62,045 bases of DNA from assembly GCA_012513795.1 (NCBI GenBank), contig JAAZBN010000115.1:1-62045 (forward strand), given 5' to 3'. The position numbers and the translations under genes were made by a program. How positions within the stretch are numbered: the stretch's first letter is position 1; each line of letters opens with the position of its first letter. The notes beneath the pieces were generated by a model. It did no database searches, was not told where the DNA came from, and saw nothing but the letters and a program-made list of their open reading frames with translations. Below are positions 45,897 through 54,788 of the stretch, piece by piece. The DNA is from Bacteroidales bacterium. Its GTDB lineage: Bacteria; Bacteroidota; Bacteroidia; Bacteroidales; VadinHA17.

Positions 45897-47383
45897 TGAA
45901 CGGAGAGGATATGAATAAGAAACGAGCTGTGGTGATAGGTGCTGGTATTGGAGGACTTGCGACGGCTGTCAGGCTTGCCCTGAAGGGATATGAGACACAT
46001 CTTTATGAGAAGAACGGCTCAGCGGGAGGGAAAATTGGGGAGCTGCGGCTTGAGGGCTGCCGCTTTGATACCGGTCCCTCGCTCTTTACCCTCCCTGACC
46101 TTGTTGATGAACTGTTTACACTGGCAGGTGAGAACCCGCGTGATCACTTCAGGTATATTCCCCTGGAGTCTTCATGCAGGTATTTCTGGGACGACGGCAT
46201 GATGCTCAACGCCTGGACTGACAGACATAGGTTTGCAGAAGAAGCAGAGAAGGTCACAGGTGAACCACATGAAAACATACTCGGCTTCCTGGATGAGTGC
46301 GCTGAATTGTATGACCTCACAGCCGGGATATTCATCTTCTCTCCATTCTATCAGTTTGAAAATTTCCGCAAGCCGGAGTCGCTCCACGTTGCCCGCAACT
46401 TCAGGAAGCTGCATGCTTTTTCTACAATGCACGGTGTGATCAGCAGGCGTTTCCGAAGTCCGAAGCTGATACAGCTCTTTGACCGTTATGCCACCTACAA
46501 CGGATCCAGTCCCTACCGTGCGCCGGGAACTCTGAATGTGATTGCACATCTCGAGCACAATATGGGAGCCTTCTTCCCCGAAAAGGGAATGAGAGAGATT
46601 GTTGATGCCCTTGAGGGGCTGGCAAACAGATGCGGCGTGACAATTCACACCGGTGAGGAGGTTGTTTCGGTGGTGAAGGAGGGAAAGAGCATCAGGGGAG
46701 TGGAGACCTCATCAGGGATTACATCCTGCGGTGTGGTTGTGTCTGATGTTGATGTCATACCCTTCTACAGGAAGCTTCTGAAGGAAGAAGGTCCTGCAAG
46801 AAAGCAGGAGAGGCAGGAGCGCAGTACCTCGGCGCTTATCTTTTACTGGGCCATGAACAGGAGGTTTGAGGAACTCGATCTGCACAATATCTTTTTCTCG
46901 TCGGATTACCCCGGCGAGTTTCGCGCACTGCGAAAGGGAGAGGTAACCGATGATCCGACTGTCTATCTGTTTGCATCCTCAAGGGTGGTGCCGCGGGATG
47001 CGCCGGCGGGTAAAGATAACTGGTTCGTCATGATCAATGTGCCTTATGACAGGGGGCAGGACTGGAAACGCATTGTCCGCGCAGCCTGCGCGAACATCAT
47101 AAAGAAATTGGGAAGGAGACTCGGTTGCGATATTGAGGCGGCGATTGATGCTGAAGAGGTGCTGGATCCGAAACTGATCGAGAGGCTGACGGCATCGCAC
47201 CGCGGCGCCCTCTACGGCAGCAGTTCCAACAGCCGGTTCGCTGCCTTCAGAAGACATCCCAATGTTAGAAACAGGTATGATAATCTCTGGTTTGTGGGAG
47301 GATCAGTTCATCCCGGCGGAGGTATACCATTATGCCTGGCTTCGGCAAGGATCGCATGTGACATGATTCCACCGGCAGAATGA
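45893..47383 (+). CDS. Phytoene desaturase family FAD oxidoreductase (CrtD/CrtP-like)
   Basis: VIGAGIGGLATAVRL and GGKIGELRLEGCRFDTGPSLFTLP, the type seen in 1-hydroxycarotenoid 3,4-desaturases and CrtP-like oxidases. ATGA overlap with the synthase gene. Confidence 0.8.
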   Translation: MMNGEDMNKKRAVVIGAGIGGLATAVRLALKGYETHLYEKNGSAGGKIGELRLEGCRFDTGPSLFTLPDLVDELFTLAGENPRDHFRYIPLESSCRYFWDDGMMLNAWTDRHRFAEEAEKVTGEPHENILGFLDECAELYDLTAGIFIFSPFYQFENFRKPESLHVARNFRKLHAFSTMHGVISRRFRSPKLIQLFDRYATYNGSSPYRAPGTLNVIAHLEHNMGAFFPEKGMREIVDALEGLANRCGVTIHTGEEVVSVVKEGKSIRGVETSSGITSCGVVVSDVDVIPFYRKLLKEEGPARKQERQERSTSALIFYWAMNRRFEELDLHNIFFSSDYPGEFRALRKGEVTDDPTVYLFASSRVVPRDAPAGKDNWFVMINVPYDRGQDWKRIVRAACANIIKKLGRRLGCDIEAAIDAEEVLDPKLIERLTASHRGALYGSSSNSRFAAFRRHPNVRNRYDNLWFVGGSVHPGGGIPLCLASARIACDMIPPAE

Positions 47384-48069
47384 TGGTACAGACAGGTAAA
47401 ATCCCGAAGCCGACAGAGATACTAATCTGGGTATATGCAGTAGGATTGGCAGGCATGCTGCTGCCCTTCAGCCGTGAGCTGTTCAAGTTGATAACACCCC
47501 TGAACCTGTTGTTTGCCGCGGGCTTCCTCTTCTGGGGGAATTGGCCGGCCCGCCGGGTAATCCTGACGGGCAGCTTCATAGCCATAGCATCCTTCTTCAT
47601 TGAAGCTGCGGGAACAAACACAGGGAAAATATTCGGGGTCTATTCATACGGCAGGACCCTGGGCCCGGCATTATTGAACACACCTTTAATAATAGGGCTC
47701 AACTGGTTCCTGCTAATCTATTGTACCAATGTGATAAGCCGAATAGTGTGGCAACGGCTTACACATCATTCAGCCCGCAGGAGAGGAGGTTTGTCAGAGT
47801 CACTCTTCGTTATCTTAACCGGTTCGGCGCTGATGGTTCTTTACGACCTGTTCCTGGAGCCTGCAGCGGCAAGGCTTGACATGTGGTCATGGGAGTGCGG
47901 GGTGATTCCGTTGCGCAATTACCTGGGATGGTTTTTATTCTCCGCATTTTTTCATGCGGTAACCAGGATATGGGGGGAGGAGGAGATCAACGGCAGGGCA
48001 CTGCCTCTCTTCACTGTTCAGCTGGGCTTCTTTGCTTCTATTGATCTGTTCTATGCTTTTGCTGCCTGA
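47380..48069 (+). CDS. Carotenoid biosynthesis membrane protein (PF04240/DUF422 type, CruF-like 1,2-hydratase candidate)
   Basis: 229-aa polytopic membrane protein with NTGKIFGVYSYG, a motif typical of this family. ATGA overlap with the preceding desaturase. Confidence 0.65.
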   Translation: MMVQTGKIPKPTEILIWVYAVGLAGMLLPFSRELFKLITPLNLLFAAGFLFWGNWPARRVILTGSFIAIASFFIEAAGTNTGKIFGVYSYGRTLGPALLNTPLIIGLNWFLLIYCTNVISRIVWQRLTHHSARRRGGLSESLFVILTGSALMVLYDLFLEPAAARLDMWSWECGVIPLRNYLGWFLFSAFFHAVTRIWGEEEINGRALPLFTVQLGFFASIDLFYAFAA

Positions 48070-48785
48070 TTGTCGTTATTGGAAAGTATCCTGACAAAGT
48101 GGTTTTCAAGGTGTCTTCTCATCCCTTCACGAAACTCGTCAGGGGTGCCTTTCTTCAGCAATGTCACCAGCTCTTTGTGTGACTTGTATCTTTTCCTTTG
48201 ATTACTGCTTTTGAGCAGTCCGATATTGTATACATACTGGAATGCCGGCAACAGCAGGTTCTGAAAGTCTTCAAGAGTGTTGTTTCCGGTCATCTGGTAC
48301 AGCTTGCCGTGAAATTTCAGCTCATGATCAACATCAAAGAGTATGTTATCAGAGTGATCCGGTTCTATCTCTACTATCTCCTCCAGCTCCTGTATGTCCC
48401 GGTCAGTCTTTCTGGCGAAGATGAAGTCAGCCATGCCCACCTCCAGGGCCAGGCGCATCTCAAAAACATCCATCAGGGTTTTGTTGTCAAGTATTCTTGG
48501 AATAAGGGATTTGCCGAGTATGACAGAAAGGTCCGGGCTTTTTATTATTGTGCCCTTGTGTTTTTTTGATTCTATCAGCCCCATTGTCTTGAGTCTGTTT
48601 AATGACTCCCTGATGACAGTACGGCTCACTCCCATTATTGATGCCAGTTCTGTCTCCTTGGGAATTGAGTCACCCGGCTTAAGCTCTTTATAGAGGAAAA
48701 CCTCGATGAGACGCATTTCAACCTTGTCAACCAGGCTGCTTGTGTCAATTGCCTTCAGCTCGAGCCTCAGATCCTGCTTATCCAT
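48051..48785 (-). CDS. GntR family (FadR/FCD subfamily) transcriptional regulator, NanR-like by context
   Basis: Winged helix-turn-helix ELASIMGVSRTVIRESLNRLKTMGLIESK plus an all-helical FCD-type C-domain. Divergent from the sialidase operon. Confidence 0.8.
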   Translation of the reverse strand: MDKQDLRLELKAIDTSSLVDKVEMRLIEVFLYKELKPGDSIPKETELASIMGVSRTVIRESLNRLKTMGLIESKKHKGTIIKSPDLSVILGKSLIPRILDNKTLMDVFEMRLALEVGMADFIFARKTDRDIQELEEIVEIEPDHSDNILFDVDHELKFHGKLYQMTGNNTLEDFQNLLLPAFQYVYNIGLLKSSNQRKRYKSHKELVTLLKKGTPDEFREGMRRHLENHFVRILSNNDNQAAKA

Positions 48786-48868
48786 TTTAATACAGTGAAA
48801 AATAAATTATTACAAAAAAAGTAAAAAAAAAGCATAAAACTCTTATACTTAGTTTTTAAAAAAACATT

Positions 48869-48899
48869 TTTGCATTGTATTATGTTATACATAGCTTTA
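48869..48899 (+). promoter_or_regulatory. Promoter candidate upstream of the sialidase leader
   Basis: TTTG (48869-48872), a 19-nt spacer, then TAGCTTTA (48892-48899). This is one mismatch from TAnnTTTG. Confidence 0.4.
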
Positions 48900-48905
48900 C
48901 ACAGT

Positions 48906-49012
48906 GCAGGCAGATGTGGTCAGTCCAATAAAGCACTGATTCCTTTAGATGACGTCAAGGACTAAGGGAGAAACACCCTGCCGATTGCCGGGAGGCTGCC
49001 TGTTTTTTTTTT
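48906..49012 (+). ncRNA. Candidate structured leader or small RNA ending in a 10-U tract
   Basis: GCAGGCAG (48906-48913) pairs with CTGCCTGT (48996-49003; 7 Watson-Crick pairs plus one G-U). Inner pairs are AGTCC/GGACT and AGGG/CCCT. T x10 at 49003-49012 (the first T also closes the stem as the G-U pair). A competing CTGCC lies at 48978-48982. Confidence 0.3.
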
Positions 49013-49040
49013 CATCATTTTTTTTTAAAGCTTTGTATTT

Positions 49041-50678
49041 ATGAGAACACCTCTTCTATTTCTGACCCTTCTTCTGGCAGCTGCGAAATGCGGAGATTCA
49101 GGGGAGGTGCATTCAGGATTTTCGGCAAGTGAGCCTGAAGTCCAGTTCAACATAGAGCCTGTCTTTGCTGAACGGGCAAGTAATGAACTTGTTAAGCTAA
49201 TGTTTGCGGTTAGCGGCGAAGATGAATACGTCTCACTGCAGAGTATCACAGTAACTTTTTCGGATGAAAGTAATACTGAAGCCCTTTCGGCACTGACTGC
49301 CTGGTATACCGGGGTGGTTCCCGGAGTACCGGTGAAAACAAAACTGGCAACGGTATCTGAACCTGCTTTGTTAACACTCTTTAAGTTCGATCTGCCCGTT
49401 GCCTCGGGAAAACATACCTTCCTGCTTGACTTCGATGCTGAAGCTGGTGCCGATCCGGCTGCGAAACTGAAGATTGAATCAGTCTCATTTGCATTCAGTA
49501 ACGGTTTCTCTGCCCAATATATGGCAAAGCCGGAGGATCCTGTTCTCCGTTTTGGGAAGATTGTCCGTGCCACCGGCCAGGACGGTGCAGATACCTACCG
49601 TATTCCCGGGCTTGTGACAACAAGTGCCGGAACCCTGGTGGCTGTATATGACATAAGGTACAACAACAGTAAGGACCTCCAGGAGGATATAGACATAGGC
49701 ATGAGCCGCAGCACTGATGGAGGAAGGACATGGGAGCCGATGAAGGTAATCATGGACATGGGAGAATACGGAGGATTACCTCAAAATCTGAATGGTATAG
49801 GCGATCCCAGTGTACTCTATGATCACACTACAGGCACCCTCTGGGTGGCAGCCCTCTGGATGAGCGGTTCAGCACCGGACAAGATGCTCTGGTGGGCCTC
49901 GCAGCCCGGCATGACTCCTCAGGAGACCGGCCAGTTCATGCTGGTGAAAAGCACTGATGAAGGGCTGACATGGTCCGAGCCGATCAATATAACCCCGCAG
50001 ATCAAGGATCCGGCGTGGCAACTGCTCCTTCAGGGTCCCGGCAGAGGAATTACACTTGAAGACGGCACGCTTGTGTTTCCTGCACAGTTCAAGGCAGACA
50101 TCGGGACAAAAGCCCTGGACGGCGGACAGTACACATGCCATTCCACCATTGTCTGGAGCAGGGATGGAGGAGATACCTGGCAGATAGGCACAGGGGCAAA
50201 ATCAAACACTACAGAGGCACAGGTGGTACAGCTGACAGACGGCTCCCTCATGCTCAACATGCGCGATGACCGCAACAGGAGCGATAAAGGCCCGACCAAC
50301 GGCAGGGCTGTAGCAACAACCACAGATATGGGTGCAACATGGATGGTTCATCCCTCATCAAATTCAGCACTCCCGGAGCCAAACTGCATGGCCAGCCTGA
50401 TCGCCGCAAAGATCAGGGTTGGCGGAGAGGATAAAAATGTTCTGTTCTTTTCAAACCCGAATGATAAATCAAGCCGGATAAAAATGACAGTCAGGATGAG
50501 CCTGGATGAGGGCATGACATGGCCTGAAGCAAAACAGATAGAGCTTTTCGGCCCTTCCGGCTACGGTTATTCCTGTATGACAATGGTTGATGTAAACCAT
50601 GTTGGTATCCTCTACGAGGGAGAGAAGGAGCTCTATTTTCAAAAGATACCTGTTACTGATTTTTTAGGTGAGAAGTAA
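49041..50678 (+). CDS. nanH: Exo-alpha-sialidase (GH33) with N-terminal accessory domain
   Basis: FRIP motif YRIPGL and four Asp-boxes: SRSTDGGRTW, STDEGLTW, SRDGGDTW, TTDMGATW. An extra domain of about 160 aa precedes the propeller. Lipoprotein-like N-terminus. Confidence 0.9.
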   Translation: MRTPLLFLTLLLAAAKCGDSGEVHSGFSASEPEVQFNIEPVFAERASNELVKLMFAVSGEDEYVSLQSITVTFSDESNTEALSALTAWYTGVVPGVPVKTKLATVSEPALLTLFKFDLPVASGKHTFLLDFDAEAGADPAAKLKIESVSFAFSNGFSAQYMAKPEDPVLRFGKIVRATGQDGADTYRIPGLVTTSAGTLVAVYDIRYNNSKDLQEDIDIGMSRSTDGGRTWEPMKVIMDMGEYGGLPQNLNGIGDPSVLYDHTTGTLWVAALWMSGSAPDKMLWWASQPGMTPQETGQFMLVKSTDEGLTWSEPINITPQIKDPAWQLLLQGPGRGITLEDGTLVFPAQFKADIGTKALDGGQYTCHSTIVWSRDGGDTWQIGTGAKSNTTEAQVVQLTDGSLMLNMRDDRNRSDKGPTNGRAVATTTDMGATWMVHPSSNSALPEPNCMASLIAAKIRVGGEDKNVLFFSNPNDKSSRIKMTVRMSLDEGMTWPEAKQIELFGPSGYGYSCMTMVDVNHVGILYEGEKELYFQKIPVTDFLGEK

Positions 50679-50696
50679 GTATTCTGCCTCATCCTG

Positions 50697-52685
50697 ATGA
50701 ACCTGCGTACAAAGATATACTTCCATCTGATCCTCCTCATACTGGCAGCAGGAGCAATTACCTGTACCGGCCCGGTACCGGAGAAGCCATCCCTTATACC
50801 AGCGCCTCAGATTGTCAGCTGGAACGGTGAAATATACAGGATCAGTCCGGCCGGTCTGCCTGATGACCCTGGTATCAGGAAGATTACCGTTGCATCCATC
50901 GATGAAGCCCGCCTGAATATGGAGGAAGCCTACCGGATCACAGTCCGTAAGGATTCCGTCCTGATCCATGCAACTGGAGAAGAAGGATTCTTCAGGGCTG
51001 ACGCTACACTGAAACAGCTTGCCGGAAGTGACGCTGAAGGGCAATTCATTCAAGGGTGTTCAATCGCCGACTGGCCCGCTTTCAGGGTGAGGGGATTCAT
51101 GCACGACTGCGGCAGGAGTTACATCCCAATCAGCGAACTTAAGCGGGAAGTTGAGATACTTTCATCATTCAAGATAAATACCTTTCACTGGCACCTTACG
51201 GACGACATCGCATGGAGACTTGCCAGCGGCATAGTGCCGGAACTGACTGCTCCTGAAACAGCCCTCAGGAACAAACACGGGTTTTATACAAAAGAGGAGG
51301 TGAAGGATTTTGTCCGGTTTTGCAGGAGTCATTTTGTTGAGGTGATTCCTGAGATTGACATGCCGGGTCACAGTGGAGCATTCACCAGGGCTACGGGTCA
51401 TACCATGCAGTCAGAGGAGGGAAGGAAGATTGTTGCCGGACTGCTGGCGGAGGCATGCACTCTCTTTGAAGGTAAGTGGTTTCACATCGGCACCGATGAG
51501 GTGGACATCACCAGCCCGGACTTCGTATCTGAAATGATGGCAATTGCCAGGGATCACGGCAATGAGGTGGCAGGCTGGCTTCCCGGCGCACAGATGGACC
51601 AGCAGGCAGTCCGTCAGCTGTGGGCTGACGTCTCACTGCCTCAAAACACGACAGTCATCGATTCCAGGTACAGATACCTCAATCATACCGACTATTATTC
51701 GGATCTGTTTGCGATCTATAATTCAAGGATATGTGACTCAGAGCATGGCTCTGACCTCCTTGCCGGAGGTATATGCTGCATATGGAATGACAGGAAACCG
51801 GCATCTGTTGAGGATATACTGGTTTCCAATGCGTTTTACCCGACTATGCTGGCATTTGCCGAAAGGTCCTGGATCGGAGGCGGAGATAATATCAAGTCAC
51901 GGGGTGTGCGGATGGGACTGCCAGGAGACCCTGCCTTCGAGCGGTTCAGGGATTTCGAGACCCGAATGATGGCGGCAAGGGAAAAATTCCTGGCTGATGT
52001 ACCGTTTCCTTACCTCCCGCAGACAGATATTCTCTGGAAGATAAGCAGCCAGTACCCCAATAATGGCAACCTGAACTTTTCTGCCCCGTTTGAAATGGAC
52101 CTCATAGCTGACCCTGACGGAACTTCATCCCTGGAAGCAGGATTCAGGCCCGCGGCAGGCGCTGCTGTTTACCTCAGGCATACATGGGGAGAAAAAGTGC
52201 CTGCCTTCTGCCCTGATCCCGGGCCTGACCATACGACATATACCTATACATGGATATACAGTCCTTCTGACCAGAAAGCAGGACTTCATTTTAATACGCA
52301 CAATTATGGGAGGTCAGAGCTTGACATGGCCCCGCCAGAGGGTGAGTGGGATTATAAACGAAGCCGGGTATGGCTCAACGGTGAGCTGGTTTCACCTCCT
52401 GCATGGGATAACAATGCCGTTAAGCCTGACCATGAAACACCATATGCAAATGAAAACATGTGGAGCCGGCCGCCTGTCAGTATAAACCTCAAAAAAGGCT
52501 GGAACAGCCTGGTACTAAAACTGCCTGTCGGCAGCTTCTCAACCCCGGAGACACGTCTGGTGAAGTGGATGTTCACTGCAATGGTTGTCACACCGGATGG
52601 AAAAGGTCAACCGGAGGGTCTGGTCTATTCGCCGGAACAAAAACTAAATGTAAAAAAGAATCATCGATCTAAAAGCAAACAATGA
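50697..52685 (+). CDS. Beta-N-acetylhexosaminidase (GH20)
   Basis: RGFMHDCGR, HWHLTDD, and the catalytic pair in HIGTDEV. Lipoprotein-like N-terminus (AGAITC). Confidence 0.85.
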   Translation: MNLRTKIYFHLILLILAAGAITCTGPVPEKPSLIPAPQIVSWNGEIYRISPAGLPDDPGIRKITVASIDEARLNMEEAYRITVRKDSVLIHATGEEGFFRADATLKQLAGSDAEGQFIQGCSIADWPAFRVRGFMHDCGRSYIPISELKREVEILSSFKINTFHWHLTDDIAWRLASGIVPELTAPETALRNKHGFYTKEEVKDFVRFCRSHFVEVIPEIDMPGHSGAFTRATGHTMQSEEGRKIVAGLLAEACTLFEGKWFHIGTDEVDITSPDFVSEMMAIARDHGNEVAGWLPGAQMDQQAVRQLWADVSLPQNTTVIDSRYRYLNHTDYYSDLFAIYNSRICDSEHGSDLLAGGICCIWNDRKPASVEDILVSNAFYPTMLAFAERSWIGGGDNIKSRGVRMGLPGDPAFERFRDFETRMMAAREKFLADVPFPYLPQTDILWKISSQYPNNGNLNFSAPFEMDLIADPDGTSSLEAGFRPAAGAAVYLRHTWGEKVPAFCPDPGPDHTTYTYTWIYSPSDQKAGLHFNTHNYGRSELDMAPPEGEWDYKRSRVWLNGELVSPPAWDNNAVKPDHETPYANENMWSRPPVSINLKKGWNSLVLKLPVGSFSTPETRLVKWMFTAMVVTPDGKGQPEGLVYSPEQKLNVKKNHRSKSKQ

Positions 52686-52686
52686 T

Positions 52687-53607
52687 ATGAATATTCAGAA
52701 GATTTCAGGCCTCATTGCCGCACCTTTCACCCCTATGTATCCGGATGGGGAAATCAATTCCGGCATAATTGAGAAATATCACAGGCTGCTGGTCTCCAAC
52801 GGCGTGGTGGGTGCTTTCATAAACGGTTCATCCGGTGAGGGCGTCTCAACAACGAACGGTGAGAAGCTGACGGTTGCTGAAGCATGGGCCAAAGCATCAT
52901 CCGGCAGCAGCCTGAAGGTTATCAGCCACCTGGGAGGAACCTGCTACCAGGATTGTATCGGGCTGGCCAGGGAGTCTCAGAGGATGGGACTCTATGCAGT
53001 GGCAGTGACATCCCCGTCGTACTTCAAGCCGGCAAATGTGAAGATGTTGGCTGAATTCTTCGTCAGGATAGCTGAGTCGGTCCCAGACATGCCTGTTTAT
53101 TATTATCATATCCCGGTTCTGACAGGCGGATTATTCAACATGATTGACTTCGTAAGGGAAGTGGCGCCGCGTGTTCCCAACTTTGCCGGTATCAAGTACA
53201 CCCATGAGGACTTCATGGATTTCCTCAGCTGCCTGAATTATGATAACGGCAGATATGACATGCTCTGGGGCCGCGACGAAAACTTCCTTTCTGCACTTAT
53301 TCTTGGAGCCAGGGGTGCAGTGGGAAGCACATACAACTATGCCGCTCCTCTGTATCACAAGATGATTGATGCCTTTGACCGCAATGACCAGGTCGCCGCC
53401 CGCGCCATACAACAAAAGTCAATTGACATGATCACCCTCCTGGGCAAATACGGTGGTATCGCTACCGGCAAAGCCTATATGAAATACATTGGTCTTGACT
53501 GTGGAGAGTTCAGACTCCCGGTGAGAAATATGAGCAATAGTGATTACGAATCCTTTATGAAAGACGTGAAGAACCTTGAAATGGATGAACTGTTCTCAAA
53601 GATCTGA
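52687..53607 (+). CDS. nanA: N-acetylneuraminate lyase (DapA/NAL family)
   Basis: GSSGEG motif, YHIP, and the Schiff-base lysine context FAGIKYT. 306 aa. Located in the sialic-acid locus. Confidence 0.85.
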   Translation: MNIQKISGLIAAPFTPMYPDGEINSGIIEKYHRLLVSNGVVGAFINGSSGEGVSTTNGEKLTVAEAWAKASSGSSLKVISHLGGTCYQDCIGLARESQRMGLYAVAVTSPSYFKPANVKMLAEFFVRIAESVPDMPVYYYHIPVLTGGLFNMIDFVREVAPRVPNFAGIKYTHEDFMDFLSCLNYDNGRYDMLWGRDENFLSALILGARGAVGSTYNYAAPLYHKMIDAFDRNDQVAARAIQQKSIDMITLLGKYGGIATGKAYMKYIGLDCGEFRLPVRNMSNSDYESFMKDVKNLEMDELFSKI

Positions 53608-53613
53608 TAAACA

Positions 53614-54783
53614 GTGACGAGATATTTTGTAACATATTCAGCAGCAGCGATGGTACTGACTGTCCTGCTGGCTTTTAACTCCTGCAAAAGAATGAATCCA
53701 GAATGGACAGACCTTGTCCCCCTTCCGCCACCTCTTCCCGGGGCTATTCAGCCCGGGGTGGCAGGACCGTTTGCCGGCTTACACGGAAACACACTAGTAG
53801 TTGCCGGCGGTGCCAACTTTCCTGACACCATGCCATGGCATGGCGGAAAGAAGCAATACCGGGATGAGATCTACCTTCTTGATATGTCTGCAGGGGCTGC
53901 CTCCTGGCAGCCACGAACGGGAGAAGAGCGACTGCCGGTGCCTGTTGCATACGGTGCTGCCGCGTCGGTAAGCGCCGGGGTTGTATGCATGGGCGGCGAG
54001 ACGGAATCAGGCATGACAGATGAAGTCTACATAATATCAGTTGCAGGTAACAAGCCGCTGATAACACCTCTGCCAGACCTCCCGGTTCCTCTGTCCGGCG
54101 CTGCTGCTGCTTCGACAGGCTCTCTGGTTTTTATAGCAGGAGGGCAGGCCCCTGACGGTTCTTCCAGGTCACTGTGGAGCCTCGATACCGAAGAGATAAG
54201 CCTGGGATGGAGAAAACATGCCGAGATGCCACTCCCGTTGATAAACAGCGTCATGGCGGCCGTTGAAGATGAGGAGCTTACATTATGGATGCTTGGGGGC
54301 AGAACCAGGGGAGAGGGTGATGACACCTCCGTGATACGTCCGGAGATTTTCAGCTATTCTCCCTCTGCTGACAGGTGGACCCTGGTGGGTGAGCTGACCG
54401 ACGGAAACGGTGTCATGCCTCTTGCAGCCGGCAGCGGGGCAGCAATAGACGGAAGGTATGTTGCTCTCTTCGGGGGCAACGACGGATCTGTATTCAACAG
54501 GGTCGAAGCTATCCTGTCAGCCATGGCAATGGAGCCTGACACCAGCCAGGTGAAACTGCACAAGGAAGAGTATATTTCGCTCCAGGAAAGTCACCCCGGG
54601 TTTTCACGGACTGTGATTATTTTTGACACTGAAAACGGGCGATGCATTCAGGCAGGTGAAATACCGGGTCCCGCACAGGTCACAACAATAGCCGTGCAGA
54701 CGCCATGGGGCATTGTGATTCCTTCAGGCGAAGTAAAACCTGGCGTAAGAACTACTACGATAAGGATGGCAAAATTCAGATAG
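53614..54783 (+). CDS. nanM: N-acetylneuraminate mutarotase-like Kelch-repeat protein (cyclically permuted mutarotase family)
   Basis: Repeated Kelch-like blades (GG..G, W..L..P patterns) and the lipoprotein-like VLLAFNSC. The track start at 53614 is GTG. The ATG at 53650 (MVLTVLLAFNSC) is an alternative start. Confidence 0.65.
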   Translation: MTRYFVTYSAAAMVLTVLLAFNSCKRMNPEWTDLVPLPPPLPGAIQPGVAGPFAGLHGNTLVVAGGANFPDTMPWHGGKKQYRDEIYLLDMSAGAASWQPRTGEERLPVPVAYGAAASVSAGVVCMGGETESGMTDEVYIISVAGNKPLITPLPDLPVPLSGAAAASTGSLVFIAGGQAPDGSSRSLWSLDTEEISLGWRKHAEMPLPLINSVMAAVEDEELTLWMLGGRTRGEGDDTSVIRPEIFSYSPSADRWTLVGELTDGNGVMPLAAGSGAAIDGRYVALFGGNDGSVFNRVEAILSAMAMEPDTSQVKLHKEEYISLQESHPGFSRTVIIFDTENGRCIQAGEIPGPAQVTTIAVQTPWGIVIPSGEVKPGVRTTTIRMAKFR

Positions 54784-54788
54784 GAAAG

